A DNA stretch of 64,000 bases from positions 1 through 64,000 of the IMG/VR virus record IMGVR_UViG_3300021255_002417. One strand, written 5' to 3'. Positions 20,419 to 28,664 of the stretch are shown one piece after another. A program made the translations under genes and the position numbers. The notes under the pieces were generated by a model. The model saw only the letters and a list, made by a program, of their open reading frames with translations. It did not search any database and was not told where the DNA came from. How positions within the stretch are numbered: position 1 is the first letter of the stretch; each line of letters begins with the position of its first letter. The DNA comes from a virus (taxonomy: Duplodnaviria; Caudoviricetes).

Positions 20419-22338
20419 TTAACGTAATTCTAGTACATCAAACAAAGTTGTAGATGTAAGCTTACTTGGTGAAAGATCAATTGAGACATCTTTCGAGAAC
20501 TCATGTGTTACTATACCGCCAGCAAGCTCAATAAATTCTTTAATAGTCATCATAGAATCACACTTTGCAATAGATGTATTTAATACATTTTGCATAAGCT
20601 GTTTGTTAGGAATTCTATGACCACCACAAATATCGCCACCATACAAAATAAATGACTTATCTTTGTAAAATCCAATAACACCTTCACTTTCATGTACTTT
20701 AAGATTGAGTTTAGGTGCTATTGCATTTTTAGGATTTACCACTGCTGAAACCATATCGTTTGATTTGCTTTTAAAGTTGCATTCATTTGTAATGTCTTTT
20801 GTAAAAAGTAAATCAAAAGGAACTTCTCCAGATGTGTTATAGATATTTACACTAAGAATATAAGTATCTTTTACTTTTGATGATATTCTAAATGCTTCAA
20901 CAGCACCGTATGGTTTTGGTGCGTCTGTCATATCACCAGAGAATAAAATATCATTCTCTGATGATCTATAATTAGAATTCCACCCAAAAGAATTATTTAC
21001 TGAATTTAAATGAAAGTCTAGATCTATACGACATGTATCACTATTAAACCAATGTCCGCCAATACAAATTGCATTAGCATCTTTTGGAAGTTTGACTTTA
21101 GTGCCGTATGGTAACACATCACTCATCTGCTTTTCTGAAACAGGCACTGCATATTCAATTATGTTTGGTATATAAAATACTTTTCCTGAATACGTATTAT
21201 TTAATATTGATTTTAGCTGATTTGTACAAATATCATTTAACCACAATAAATTAGTAAGACGAACAACATTCACATTATTGTCTTCATCCTCTATCTTAAC
21301 GAAGACCTTACCATTTCTAATGTTATATATATGATCTTTTGCAACAGTCTCATATCTTGCAAAGTTTATAAGTTTAACAAGTTCTCTAATACTTGCTTTT
21401 TTAATAACATTTACAGCATCATCCTTCTTGCCAAGTGCAAGTAAGTTCATTAGATTTGAAACTGTAAATCCAGTAACTGGTTTGTGATTAGTATTAGCAA
21501 GTCTTCTTATCTTATTTATCTTGCTTGCAAGATTTTTATTATTTTTAAATGCTAAAAACAATGGCTTAAATCTAAAGAATGATTCTGACAGCTTTGTTAA
21601 ATCAGCATGCTCGAACATACTTTCAGCAAATAGATTTGTTGAAAAAGACTTTAATAATTCTATTGTCTTTTTATCTTTTACAATAGAAGCAATATTTCCA
21701 TTGCTTGCTTTATATATAGCTAATCTTAAAAAGTCCTGACTATTTGTAGGTACTATATTATGTATATCACAATATATAGCTTTAACTTCAAAAGACTTTA
21801 TTGAATCTACATCAATATCATTTACATACCGTAAAAGACGTGTTATATAATCGACTGAATCTTTATGTGGTGCACTAATATTGCAAATATAGTTTGTTAT
21901 CTCATGCTTAAATTCATCATCAGTTAATATATGTACAACAGTAAATGCTTCTATTGAAGGTGTGCTGTCTAAATTAATAAGAACCTTCTCTACAGGAATA
22001 TAATTGACAGAATTAAGTCCAATAGACTCCATCCCATAAGTACTAAAATAATGAACTATCTGTTCTGCAACAAGCTGTTCAATAGAAGCAGTTGCTACTT
22101 TATCCCAACTCTTATGAAATGAAGATGTCCATTCAACTGGTTTAATACCTAATGTGCTTATAATTAAATCAGCTAATTCAGTATCTATATTTTCTACTAT
22201 TCCTGAATTGCTAATAGGTACAACACCATACTTAACAAGTTTAGAAAATGAAACTGTGTAAGTGCTACAAGGATTCTTAACTGCGTGAAGTAACTTTAAT
22301 GAAGCTATCTGTAAACTATTATCTTTAATATTAATCAT
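20419..22338 (-). CDS. Large phage protein with a C-terminal TerD-like region
   Basis: RIDLDFH...GWNSNYR...LFSGDMTDAPKPYGAVE resembles TerD-related phage and bacterial proteins. Confidence 0.6.
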   Translation of the reverse strand: MINIKDNSLQIASLKLLHAVKNPCSTYTVSFSKLVKYGVVPISNSGIVENIDTELADLIISTLGIKPVEWTSSFHKSWDKVATASIEQLVAEQIVHYFSTYGMESIGLNSVNYIPVEKVLINLDSTPSIEAFTVVHILTDDEFKHEITNYICNISAPHKDSVDYITRLLRYVNDIDVDSIKSFEVKAIYCDIHNIVPTNSQDFLRLAIYKASNGNIASIVKDKKTIELLKSFSTNLFAESMFEHADLTKLSESFFRFKPLFLAFKNNKNLASKINKIRRLANTNHKPVTGFTVSNLMNLLALGKKDDAVNVIKKASIRELVKLINFARYETVAKDHIYNIRNGKVFVKIEDEDNNVNVVRLTNLLWLNDICTNQLKSILNNTYSGKVFYIPNIIEYAVPVSEKQMSDVLPYGTKVKLPKDANAICIGGHWFNSDTCRIDLDFHLNSVNNSFGWNSNYRSSENDILFSGDMTDAPKPYGAVEAFRISSKVKDTYILSVNIYNTSGEVPFDLLFTKDITNECNFKSKSNDMVSAVVNPKNAIAPKLNLKVHESEGVIGFYKDKSFILYGGDICGGHRIPNKQLMQNVLNTSIAKCDSMMTIKEFIELAGGIVTHEFSKDVSIDLSPSKLTSTTLFDVLELR

Positions 22339-22403
22339 ACTAATCTCCCATGCTGATTTTGCAAATATATTCGCGACTTAATAGGAATACTTATGAAACA
22401 AAA

Positions 22404-22560
22404 ACCTAGTAGCAATACCATTCTTGCGATAGCTAAAATCTTATAACCTAAAGAAGAAAAGGAAGCTACTTTGCAAGAATAATATCACCACTAGGTATAA
22501 TTAAATTTCTACGAGAGCTAATATTTAAGCAAGATATAAAGGAAGCTCTTTTGCAGAAAT
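22404..22560 (-). ncRNA. Tandem conserved hairpin motif upstream of the TerD-like gene
   Basis: Two units of stem-AAA/C-stem with loops starting UCCUUU; the two copies covary. Confidence 0.55.
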
Positions 22561-22561
22561 A

Positions 22562-22634
22562 TGCCTCAAGAAAGATTCGAACTTCCGACCGCCGCATTAC
22601 AGGTGCGATGCTCTACCAACTGAGCTATTGAGGC
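22562..22634 (-). tRNA. tRNA-Thr(UGU), C33 variant
   Basis: GCCTCAA/TTGAGGC acceptor, anticodon arm TCGCA-CCTGTAA-TGCGG, T loop TTCGAAT. Confidence 0.85.
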
Positions 22635-22637
22635 AAA

Positions 22638-22722
22638 CGGAGAAAATAGGATTCGAACCTATAATACATTTACATGTATGACGGATTAGCAATCCGCTGC
22701 GATACCATTACGCCATTTCTCC
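22638..22722 (-). tRNA. tRNA-Ser(GCU)
   Basis: GGAGAAA/TTTCTCC acceptor, GCGGA-TTGCTAA-TCCGT, long variable arm, G73. Confidence 0.92.
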
Positions 22723-22818
22723 AAATAGCAAATTATATCATCACGACATTATTTGCTATAAACACTAAACACAACAATATAAGGAAGGTTCTACATAATA
22801 AAGCATTATAAATATAAT

Positions 22819-22852
22819 TGTCAACAGAGAGACTAGAACTCTCAAGCCTTTC
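22819..22852 (-). pseudogene. 3' remnant of a Leu-type tRNA gene
   Basis: GAAAGGCTT-GAGAG-TTCTAGT-CTCTC-TGTTGAC-A; acceptor strand complementary to GTCAACA at 23977. Confidence 0.7.
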
Positions 22853-23746
22853 CTACTTACGAATAAAGCATTTTGAATAAAATTCATGAAAGTGTTTTCT
22901 AATATAAGCCCCAGCTTTCTGTGAAGAAATACCAAAAATATTTGCTATCTTCTCAACCCAACCAAACTTTGAAAAATCAATATCTGATTCTAATATCAAA
23001 TTCCATCTAAAACTTTTTAGAGATTCATCCACTTTATTTCTATAGTGCTTATTGATTGTATGCACTTCTTTAAGTGGCTTACTATTTACTTTCTTACTAT
23101 GTAAAGCTTTGCTAAATGCCTGTTCGTCATTTATTTCATAAAAACAATCAGCAGGCTCATCATACCTAAAGAACTTACATCCTATTGTAGATATAATAAA
23201 GTTTTGTTTTACAAGATCATGCTGTTTTACTTTCTCTTTATGGTGACGAGCTTCATCATATTCAAATGCAATATTTAGTTCTCTGTCATAGCCATCAAGA
23301 AAATAAGGACCTACTGTAATCTCACCACCGTTCAATGCATGTTGTAAATGCCAACCCATCTTTTCATTTAAGCTATCAATGTACTCACACGCTTTATGAT
23401 TAAAATTGGCACTATGACCAACACGCTTCTTAGCAGCAAATGATAATTTAATTCGTGTCTCATCTGAAATTGTCTGTACAGGTTTGTCTATATGATTTGG
23501 GTTGCTTTTACAATATTTAATATGATTAGTTAACCCAGACTTTTTCGATGAAACATAACCGCAAAACTCGCACTTAAAATAACAACATGTATTTTGAGGA
23601 ACAGTTCTACCTAATGAATCTGTATGCAGTGAAAGTTTAGCTTCACATGATTTATAATGTAAATATAAATCATTTCTTGTTGATAACTCTGTATTACAAT
23701 ACTTACAAACCCATTTATATGACCTATTTGATTTACAATTACACAT
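22853..23746 (-). CDS. Freestanding endonuclease: C2H2-like Zn fingers, PD-(D/E)XK (Vsr/DUF559-like) domain, FSKFGWV C-terminal domain
   Basis: CKYC..H..C, CEFC..H..C, YFLDGYDRELNIAFEYDEARHH; ATG at 23746 follows AAAGGAGA. Confidence 0.75.
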   Translation of the reverse strand: MCNCKSNRSYKWVCKYCNTELSTRNDLYLHYKSCEAKLSLHTDSLGRTVPQNTCCYFKCEFCGYVSSKKSGLTNHIKYCKSNPNHIDKPVQTISDETRIKLSFAAKKRVGHSANFNHKACEYIDSLNEKMGWHLQHALNGGEITVGPYFLDGYDRELNIAFEYDEARHHKEKVKQHDLVKQNFIISTIGCKFFRYDEPADCFYEINDEQAFSKALHSKKVNSKPLKEVHTINKHYRNKVDESLKSFRWNLILESDIDFSKFGWVEKIANIFGISSQKAGAYIRKHFHEFYSKCFIRK

Positions 23747-23856
23747 AATCAATCTCCTTTTAACTTTATTAAAGAGTTACTGCAATAACTCTAATATGTG
23801 TGGTTAGATAGGTTGGAGATTCCTATCAACTGGTTGCAGCCAGCTGTCCCACTAAT
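23747..23856 (-). ncRNA. Structured leader RNA, copy 1
   Basis: Nearly identical to 25220..25331 with compensatory changes. Confidence 0.8.
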
Positions 23857-23859
23857 AAA

Positions 23860-23943
23860 TACCCAGAGAGGGAGTCGAACCCTCAAGTCCATAGGGGCAG
23901 TAGCTTCTAAAGCTACCCTCTTTACCAGTTTGAGTATCTGGGC
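23860..23943 (-). tRNA. tRNA-Leu(UAG)
   Basis: GCCCAGA/TCTGGGT acceptor, GTAGC-TTTAGAA-GCTAC, variable arm. Confidence 0.9.
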
Positions 23944-23950
23944 AAATAAC

Positions 23951-23977
23951 TGCGTTTACCAATTTCATCATGTTGAC
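23951..23977 (-). pseudogene. 5' remnant of a Leu-type tRNA gene
   Basis: GTCAACA-TG-ATGAAATTGGTAAAC; pairs with the 3' remnant at 22819..22852. Confidence 0.7.
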
Positions 23978-23982
23978 ATAAA

Positions 23983-24055
23983 TTGTGAGTATTGGATTCG
24001 AACCAATTCTACGAGTGTATGAGGCTCGTGTACTAACCTATTATACTAACTCACA
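23983..24055 (-). tRNA. tRNA with CAU anticodon (elongator Met or Ile2)
   Basis: TGTGAGT/ACTCACA acceptor, CGAGC-CTCATAC-ACTCG, T loop TTCGAAT. Confidence 0.8.
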
Positions 24056-24060
24056 TTAAA

Positions 24061-24092
24061 TCTAGGTAGTGGGATTTGAACCTGCGATCCTT
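24061..24092 (-). pseudogene. 3' remnant of a Pro-like tRNA gene overlapping the endonuclease C-terminus
   Basis: GCAGG-TTCAAAT-CCCAC-TACCTAG-A; acceptor strand pairs with CTAGGTG at 25431. Confidence 0.65.
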
Positions 24093-25219
24093 CTATATAC
24101 ATAATTTATAAGATCTGTTGAATTAACAACCTTATAAATTTGACGACGAGTTAAACCTGTAACTTTCGATACCTTTTCAACCCATCCAAATTTAGAAAGA
24201 TCTACGTCACTATTGAGTATTGTTTCCTTTCTAAAATTCATTTCTTCATGTGAAATTTTATTAGCGTTTAGACGACCTTTAGTGTCTAATAAACCTTTCT
24301 TTCCTGCTTCACTAATATGAAGCGCATGATCAAGTTCTTTTTGCTTTTTCAAATCATACTTAATAATAGCTTCTTCACTAATAGGTTGTATATCACATCC
24401 AATCTTATCGTGAAAGTAAATCTCAAGCTGTCTCTCAACACCGTCTTTTGGTATAATTCTTAATGTAGTAAAACCTAATGCATCAGCCTCTATGTCTTTT
24501 AATCTGTCTGTGTCTATAGATTTACTATGCCAATATTCACCATCTATTTCTATAATAAGATTAAATTGTGGTACAAAGAAATCAACATACCTTCTAAAAG
24601 AATCAGAAACAATCAGCTTATTATGTTCAATACATAATTGATGGCTAATTAACCAATCGTAGGCAACTTGCTCTGGATATGTCATTTTACTTTTATTACA
24701 AGAAACTCTTGCGTTTGGATGTTTTTCTGGATGTTCAAGATAAAGCTTTTTCTTTCTATCAGATTGAGCTTTTCTTCTTTCTTCAGTCCAAGGTAAATGA
24801 TGATCAGCCTGTTTTATTTTACCAGATCTAACATTCTCTGAGTATCTTTCAGCTTGTTGCTTAATAATATCACATGTATCTTTAGTTAAACCTTTGTTCC
24901 ATGCATGCTTACCACAATATTCAGCATGAGCTGACAGTTTATGTTCTTGTAATTCTCGTCTTGTTACGAATACTTCTTCACAATGACAACATTGCCAACC
25001 ATCTTTTGTAGTTATAAATCTATTTGGATTTAATCTGCAATGCTTTTCATGTACTGACAAGGCACATGGTCTATCAAAATTTTTATGACAAAACGCACAT
25101 TCTAATTTATCATAATTAGTTATAGAGTTATCATTTTCTTTACACCACTTAATATGGTTTGAATATGAAGACTTTAAATTAAACGATTTACCACATAGAC
25201 TACATATAAATTCACACAT
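24062..25219 (-). CDS. Freestanding endonuclease: three C2H2-like Zn fingers, DUF559-like PD-(D/E)XK domain, LSKFGWV C-terminal domain
   Basis: TYPEQVAYDWL, YVDFFVPQFNLIIEIDGEYWHS; paralog of 22853..23746. Confidence 0.8.
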   Translation of the reverse strand: MCEFICSLCGKSFNLKSSYSNHIKWCKENDNSITNYDKLECAFCHKNFDRPCALSVHEKHCRLNPNRFITTKDGWQCCHCEEVFVTRRELQEHKLSAHAEYCGKHAWNKGLTKDTCDIIKQQAERYSENVRSGKIKQADHHLPWTEERRKAQSDRKKKLYLEHPEKHPNARVSCNKSKMTYPEQVAYDWLISHQLCIEHNKLIVSDSFRRYVDFFVPQFNLIIEIDGEYWHSKSIDTDRLKDIEADALGFTTLRIIPKDGVERQLEIYFHDKIGCDIQPISEEAIIKYDLKKQKELDHALHISEAGKKGLLDTKGRLNANKISHEEMNFRKETILNSDVDLSKFGWVEKVSKVTGLTRRQIYKVVNSTDLINYVYRRIAGSNPTT

Positions 25220-25331
25220 TCTAACATCTCCTTTTAGCTTTATTAAAGAGTTACGGCAATAACTCTAAAGAAATAGTGGTTAGACAGATTGGAGATTTCT
25301 GTCAACTGGTTGCCGCCAGCTGTCCCACTAA
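25220..25331 (-). ncRNA. Structured leader RNA, copy 2
   Basis: TAGTGG/CCACTA outer stem, CAGCTGG/CCAGTTG, GACAGA/TCTGTC, AGAGTTA/TAACTCT. Confidence 0.8.
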
Positions 25332-25355
25332 GATTTAATAAATATATTCAATAAA

Positions 25356-25393
25356 TCGGAATAGAGAGTGTTACCCGGTTACACCACACTCAG
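25356..25393 (-). pseudogene. Truncated tRNA 5' half
   Basis: CTGAGTG-TG-GTGT-AACCGGGTA-ACAC-T-CTCTA-TTCCGA, then AT-rich sequence. Confidence 0.55.
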
Positions 25394-25409
25394 TAAATAT
25401 AAGGAACTC

Positions 25410-25431
25410 TACCAGGTTTCGCCACACCTAG
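25410..25431 (-). pseudogene. 5' remnant of a Pro-like tRNA gene
   Basis: CTAGGTG-TG-GCGAAACCTGGTA. Confidence 0.6.
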
Positions 25432-25441
25432 ATAAGATGTA

Positions 25442-25509
25442 TTCACTCGAACTTGAACAGAGATAGATAGATTAAGAGTCTACTATTCTACATATTAAAT
25501 TACGAGTAC
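25442..25509 (-). pseudogene. Degenerate tRNA-Lys(CUU)
   Basis: Intact anticodon arm GTAGA-CTCTTAA-TCTAT; 3' strand of the T stem is missing. Confidence 0.55.
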
Positions 25510-25515
25510 ATAAAA

Positions 25516-25586
25516 TGGAGAATATCAGAATTGAACTGATGTCTATAGAATGCAAATCTATTGTTCTCCCGCTGAACTAATTCCCC
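25516..25586 (-). tRNA. tRNA-Ala(UGC)
   Basis: GGGGAAT/ATTCTCC with G3:U70, ATAGA-TTTGCAT-TCTAT. Confidence 0.9.
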
Positions 25587-25587
25587 A

Positions 25588-25661
25588 TGGTAGCGGTAGC
25601 CTGAATCGCACAGGCTCTTGTAGGGTATGAACCTACCGTGCTACTTTTACACTCTACCGCA
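25588..25661 (-). tRNA. tRNA-Met(CAU), initiator-like, encoded CCA
   Basis: 1:72 mismatch (T:T), GTAGG-TTCATAC-CCTAC, non-canonical T loop TGCGATT, ends ACCA. Confidence 0.7.
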
Positions 25662-25666
25662 ATAAA

Positions 25667-25974
25667 TAGCGAAGGTGAGAATTGAACTCACGACCAATGG
25701 TTTATCTTACTACTCTATATTTCTATAGCCACTTTATACAAAGTGTTGTAGTCTGGACTATCTCTTGTGCATATTCAAAAATGAACTTAGCATTGCCCTA
25801 TATAGTCTCTGCACATTTATAAAAGAAATTAGTTTTCTTTTAATTTAGCTCAAGATTGTCTACAGCATTACCTGTTTAGAGTTTCCTTGAATTAGGGGCA
25901 TTCTACTTTAAGCGTTTCCACTTAAGCACTCATATTATTAAAGACCACTGCTCTGACCGCTGAGCTACTCCGCT
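25667..25974 (-). tRNA. tRNA-Ile(UAU) split by a group I intron (exons 25974-25941 and 25705-25667)
   Basis: Joined exons give AGCGGAG/CTTCGCT acceptor and GTGGT-CTTATAA-ACCAT anticodon arm. Confidence 0.85.
25706..25940 (-). mobile_element. Group I intron (IC3-like, 235 nt, no ORF)
   Basis: P AATTCAAGGAAAC, Q AATCTTGAGC, R GTGCAGAGACT, S GATAGTCC, terminal G; exon CUU pairs with internal GAG (U.G at the splice site), as in trnL(UAA) introns. Confidence 0.88.
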
Positions 25975-25980
25975 ATAAAT

Positions 25981-26052
25981 ATACCATGAAAGATTCGAAC
26001 TTCCGACCGCCGCATTACAGGTGCGATGCTCTACCAACTGAGCTATTGAGGC
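25981..26052 (-). pseudogene. Chimeric second copy of tRNA-Thr(UGU) with a non-matching acceptor 3' strand
   Basis: Identical to 22570..22634 up to the T stem, then ATGGTAT instead of TTGAGGC. Confidence 0.7.
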
Positions 26053-26077
26053 AAACGGAGAAAATAGGATTCGAACC
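25988..26077. repeat. 90-bp exact direct repeat of 22570..22659
   Basis: Both ends fall in or next to T arms (TTCGAA). Confidence 0.9.
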
Positions 26078-26140
26078 CTCAAGGGAATAAATCCCGACAA
26101 ATTTTAAGTCTGTTTCCTTTACCAGTTTGGACATTCTCGC
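26056..26140 (-). pseudogene. Chimeric tRNA-Leu(UAA) carrying the 3' end of tRNA-Ser
   Basis: Leu body ACAGA-CTTAAAA-TTTGT; T stem GAGGG/CCTAT and acceptor GCGAGAA/TTTCTCC are mismatched. Confidence 0.7.
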
Positions 26141-26187
26141 AAATAAACTATATATTTTATTCAATTATCAAAGAACACATTTATAAA

Positions 26188-26275
26188 TAGCCGGGGTAGG
26201 ATTCGAACCTACAACGTTTCATTATTATGTCACGGATTTACAGTCCGCTGTCTTCACCATTCGACACACCCGGCT
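26188..26275 (-). tRNA. tRNA-Tyr(GUA)
   Basis: AGCCGGG/CCCGGCT, GCGGA-CTGTAAA-TCCGT, long variable arm. Confidence 0.9.
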
Positions 26276-26396
26276 TTGAGAGAATTAAATTTTATCTCGC
26301 GATAATATTTAATTCATATTTATTATATGAATAGAATTCAAAAATTTATTTAACTATTTTATGCAATTATTTTCATAAATAAATTTAATTATGAAA

Positions 26397-26469
26397 CAGG
26401 TCACAGAGGATTCGAACCTCTATCTTCGGTTTTGGAGACCAAAATGCTAAACCATTACACCAGCAACCT
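26397..26469 (-). tRNA. tRNA-Trp(CCA)
   Basis: AGGTTGC/GTGACCT, TTGGT-CTCCAAA-ACCGA, G73. Confidence 0.9.
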
Positions 26470-26472
26470 AAA

Positions 26473-26545
26473 TTCCAGAGAGCTGATTTGAACAGCTATC
26501 ACTGAGGTCAAAACCCAGTGTCCTAACCTATTGAACGACTCCGGA
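26473..26545 (-). tRNA. tRNA-Gln(UUG)
   Basis: TCCGGAG/CTCTGGA, CTGGG-TTTTGAC-CTCAG, T loop TTCAAAT. Confidence 0.8.
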
Positions 26546-26564
26546 ATATAATATACATAGATAT

Positions 26565-28298
26565 TTAAGAATTTTTAATTTTATTTTTTGAATATTGGCG
26601 ATAAGCTTTTACCCAATCAGGATTAAATCCATCTAATGTAATTTTTGTTTTAAAATCACTTGTTGGCACATAATCCTTGTATAACTTTGTAATTGTATTT
26701 GCATCTTCATGTGTAAGAAGACTTAAATCAATTCCACCAATATATTTATCATTTTCTTTAATGACAAATACTTTACGAGGTCTTGTACCATTAGATGATG
26801 TATATGTAAATTCTCTAACCATTTAAACTCCATGATTTATATGTTATTTAGATATAATTAAATATACACTGTTTAAAAGCTCTTTACAACTTTTATTTCC
26901 AAATTTCACATCCCTTTTGTGCGAGCAAATCGCATTCTATATTATTACGACCTTTACCAAAGTTAAACCAATCAGTAATTGACATACTATGATGATTATT
27001 ACAATTGCAGTCTCGTTCATATTGTAGCATACAAAGATCAGGATGTGACACTTTAAAATATCGATTTTTTCCGGTGTCAAGGTTCATGTGTACAAGAATG
27101 TAAAACTTATCAGTATATTTTCCAGTCTCTACAAATCGATTCCTGAACTCACGTCGTGAAATATTATTATTTATCTTGTCACCATTCTTTTTGCTTGTAC
27201 TACAACAGAATATAACCTCACGCAAACCATAATCAGTATTTATATAAAACTTCTTTTCGTCATGTGGTGTTGTAACACTGATAATTACATCATTATGTGA
27301 CTTTGCAGCATTAAGTGCAAAATCAACACCAAGTTTATGGATCTGCTGTGCTGTTAAATTTTCATTACTACAATTTGTCATAATTGTCACCTCAATTATT
27401 AAGCTTTCTTAGAAGCAGGAACATATTGAATTGTCTCAATAGGGACATATTCTTCTGCATAACATGGACAATCCATGTCAACAGAACTTGAACATTCATC
27501 AAAGCATTGTGCTATGCCATTAATCCCAACATAACCATCATCACATTTATAAACATTTGTTGAAAGTTCATACCAGCGATGGCGATCTACATTAATATCT
27601 GTTGCTACACATTGCAAATCAAAGTTAGTATCAAAATCAAATAATGACCAATATTTATTTGAATTAACTTTTGCAATTACATCGGCTACTTTCATTATAA
27701 AGCTCCACTATGATAATGTATTAATAGCATTTTCAATGCGTTTAAGCTCAGCATCTATAAACTTTTCTCGTTCACGATTATATGAATCTTTGCATTGTTC
27801 ATAGGTCTGTCTATGCTGTTCCATCATATCGTACAATCGTTTACCTTCAGCAGATTCATTAAATCGTTTAATAGCATCTTTTGAAACTTTTGCGCGAATA
27901 AACGTATACAAATCAACTGTATCTTCAAATGCGCCACCATAACAATCTACACATCTCTGTGAGCCTGTTGCGCTATGATGTTTACAATAATCGCACTTGC
28001 CATGACGTGCATTATATTCATCAAGATATCCCATATACAATACCTCTATATACTATTAGAAGTCTAAATCTTTAACAGGTTCAGCTGATTCAGTTACATA
28101 AGTTCCATCGTTAAGACAATAGCCTTTCCATAGTGTTACAAAACCATGAAATTTACTTTTATTATCAAGACACTTATTTACTTTTTTAATAGTTTGAACA
28201 GCTATACGAGCATCATGTATGTTATCAAACTCTTCATTCCAACCTTCATATAATGAATTTACAGGACGAACAAAATACTTTATCATTGTGTACTCCAT
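26565..28298 (-). other. Block of hypothetical CDS (26565..26822, 26893..27390, 27399..27695, 27708..28040, 28056..28298)
   Basis: Co-oriented ORFs with GGAG/GAGG RBSs; 27399 is a paralog of 5073, and 27708 matches the C-terminus of 53641. Confidence 0.65.
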
Positions 28299-28305
28299 TA
28301 TAGTA

Positions 28306-28568
28306 TTGAATGGAACCCATTATCCATTCAGTTTGTGGTTTATTTATACCATATTTTCCGCTGTCTGTCAACTAATTTTTTCAGACAACTAAAAATTTTT
28401 TCAAAAACCTCAAACAAGCTTCATTGCTCATTTGATGGATTAATCATACCATAACCAAATTTGTTTGTCAACTAAAAAATTCAATCGACGAAATTTTTCA
28501 AAGAACACTCAAACAAGCTTTCACTCATTTGATGGCATAATAATAACAAATTTCAAATTGTTTGTCAA
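28306..28568 (-). promoter_or_regulatory. Three tandem sigma70 promoters with leader hairpins
   Basis: -35/-10 at 28371/28348, 28471/28448, 28568/28545, all with 17-bp spacers. Confidence 0.85.
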
Positions 28569-28635
28569 CTGAAAAATTTCGAAAAATTTGCTAATTTTGT
28601 ATTAGATTGTATCTGAAAATTTCTTTATTTTTCTA

Positions 28636-28664
28636 TTGACAAGCTACTATAAATGTGCTATAAT
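28636..28664 (+). promoter_or_regulatory. Perfect-consensus rightward promoter antisense to 28664..29062
   Basis: TTGACA-N17-TATAAT; the -10 overlaps the stop codon of the minus-strand ORF. Confidence 0.75.

Noticed and set aside
22725-22800. Third copy of the UCCUUU hairpin motif
   Set aside because: Only the CTTCCTT core matches and the flanking stems are not conserved
23747-25331. Endonuclease leaders as HEARO/omega RNA (IscB) or HDV-like theta ribozymes
   Set aside because: The ORFs lack PLMP/RuvC/HNH IscB motifs, and no HDV nested double pseudoknot or hammerhead core could be fitted
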